From Campylobacterales bacterium (lineage in GTDB: Bacteria; Campylobacterota; Campylobacteria; Campylobacterales; Sulfurimonadaceae): 20,659 bases of DNA. The first letter of the stretch is position 1. Every line of letters starts with the position of its first letter. A program made the position numbers and the translations under genes. The notes beneath the pieces are model-generated. The model did not search any database. It saw only the letters and a list, made by a program, of their open reading frames with translations, and had not been told where the DNA came from. The stretch is from positions 1 to 20,659 of the forward strand of contig JBBRBK010000035.1 of assembly GCA_038205935.1 (NCBI GenBank). The letters run 5' to 3'. Positions 19,314 to 20,659 of the stretch are shown piece after piece.

Positions 19314-20195
19314 TTAGATAAAATCTACTTTTGTAACGTGGTGTTTGAGACCTAACTCTTCATTTGTACAACCAAGAGCCAAACCTAGCATTTGTTGCAT
19401 ATGAAGAACTGGAAGTGAAACTTCACGCCCGATTGCAACTGATGCATGATGCGTTTGCGTATCAAGTTTTAGATGACAAAGAGGACAAGGTGTGACCATC
19501 CAGTCCGCGTTTGCATCCATAGCTCCAGCAACAGCATTTCCAGTAAGGATAGCCGCAGTGCGAGGCGCTTGAAGTTCAGCGTGGAAACCACAACATTTAT
19601 TTTTCTCAGTATAGTCCACATTTACACCGCCACAAGCGATGATAAGATCATCAAGTGAAGTAGGGTTGTATGGATTTTCTTTCTTTTTATGAGATTCATT
19701 TTGAAGCTCAGAAGGGCGGATGTTGTGACAACCGTAAAATGGTGCAATATTAAATTGGCTTAATGGTTTTACAACCATATCTTTTATCTTATCAAGACCG
19801 AAGTCATCTATAATTGCATATAAAAAGTGAATTACTTGTGAAGTACCTTTGTACTCCAAACCAACTTCACCAAGCTTCGCGTTAACTTTTGCTTTTAGCT
19901 CTGCATTATTATCAAGTCTGTGTTTTGTCATAGCACTGTTGAGCTGACAAGTATTACAGATCGTGACCATTGTTAGGCCATGTTTTTCAGCGTAAGCGAT
20001 ATTACGTGCATTTAAAACTAAAGATAAAAAGTCATCATAATCTTGTAAATGAGATGCGCCACAACATGAAGCTTCAGTTAACTCGATTAGTTCGATTCCA
20101 AGTTTTTCTGCTACCGCCATGGTCGACATCATCTGCTCAGGTGTACTTTCTTTAGCCGTACAGCCTGTAAAAAGTGCGTATCTTAATTTTTCCAT
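19314..20195 (-). CDS. CCG-domain (HdrB-like) subunit of a type E succinate dehydrogenase/fumarate reductase
   Basis: FTGC, SCCGA, TICNTC, FYGCH, KCCGFH and TPCPLCH give two CCG motifs. It lies directly downstream of an SdhB/FrdB gene. Confidence 0.88.
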   Translation of the reverse strand: MEKLRYALFTGCTAKESTPEQMMSTMAVAEKLGIELIELTEASCCGASHLQDYDDFLSLVLNARNIAYAEKHGLTMVTICNTCQLNSAMTKHRLDNNAELKAKVNAKLGEVGLEYKGTSQVIHFLYAIIDDFGLDKIKDMVVKPLSQFNIAPFYGCHNIRPSELQNESHKKKENPYNPTSLDDLIIACGGVNVDYTEKNKCCGFHAELQAPRTAAILTGNAVAGAMDANADWMVTPCPLCHLKLDTQTHHASVAIGREVSLPVLHMQQMLGLALGCTNEELGLKHHVTKVDFI

Positions 20196-20207
20196 ACCTA
20201 TTACTCC

Positions 20208-20659
20208 CTAGAACTTTGCTGTTGATGATGATTTAATAAGTTTTTTGATCTCATCTAAGTTATCTGATTTTGGCATATTCCATGGCAATACTATTTTGCC
20301 TTTAGTGAACATTTTGATAGCAACTGGAACATGTTTAAGTACTCCGATATTTCCCTCAGAGTAGCGAACAAGTTCACCCTCATCAAGTAAACCGTGTTTT
20401 GCTATTGAGTGCTTAAATCCAACTGCGTGACGTGTTGCAACATTATTTGTTGCAACAGCTTTAGCAAAGATCATGTTATGGAGTTTTGTGATTTTCTCAA
20501 TCGGATTGACATCTTTTGGACAAGCCTCTTGACACTCAAAACATTTCACACAATCCCAAACACCTTGGAACTCTTGATTGACTTCACTAAGACGAGAAGT
20601 TCCAGCTTCATCACGAACATCTGCTTCAAAACGATATGCTGCTGCAAAAGCGGCAGGTC
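20208..20659 (-). CDS. sdhB: Succinate dehydrogenase/fumarate reductase iron-sulfur subunit (3' part; start outside the window)
   Basis: The frame stays open to the window edge: PAAFAAAYRFEADVRD...GVWDCVKCFECQEACPKDVNP (CxxCxxCxxxCP). Confidence 0.88.
   Translation of the reverse strand, partial: PAAFAAAYRFEADVRDEAGTSRLSEVNQEFQGVWDCVKCFECQEACPKDVNPIEKITKLHNMIFAKAVATNNVATRHAVGFKHSIAKHGLLDEGELVRYSEGNIGVLKHVPVAIKMFTKGKIVLPWNMPKSDNLDEIKKLIKSSSTAKF

Noticed and set aside
19314..20195. Methanogen-type heterodisulfide reductase HdrB
   Set aside because: Its position after SdhB/FrdB in a Campylobacterota genome indicates a succinate dehydrogenase/fumarate reductase subunit.

Overview
AT-rich chromosomal window from a Campylobacterota bacterium; gene content and style suggest Sulfurimonas or a relative (inference). 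The core backbone is pdxA(partial)-pdxJ-tgt on the minus strand; COG3400/TrkA-C, aroB, MscS, mtaB, an FtsH-like ATPase, bioV and mog on the plus strand; and xth, a CCG-domain subunit and a partial SdhB/FrdB on the minus strand. Two accessory blocks interrupt it. (1) 2491-~5150, between tgt and COG3400: a YqiA esterase, a C-terminal remnant of an MmeI-type restriction-modification enzyme, and a membrane pentapeptide-repeat protein. (2) 13.3-18.5 kb: an apparent five-gene signalling operon. It encodes a membrane Cache-HAMP-PAS-HPt-HATPase kinase that is CheA-like but has no CheW domain, then CheX, CheY, a Cys-motif PAS diguanylate cyclase, and a paralogous PAS protein ending in a His-less HisKA-like helix pair. 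Separately, the 10-mer CTTACATGTA (full palindrome CTTACATGTAAG) recurs 7 times inside coding sequences in two reading frames, resembling a highly iterated palindrome or DNA-uptake-type motif. All calls are from motif recognition by eye; no searches were run.
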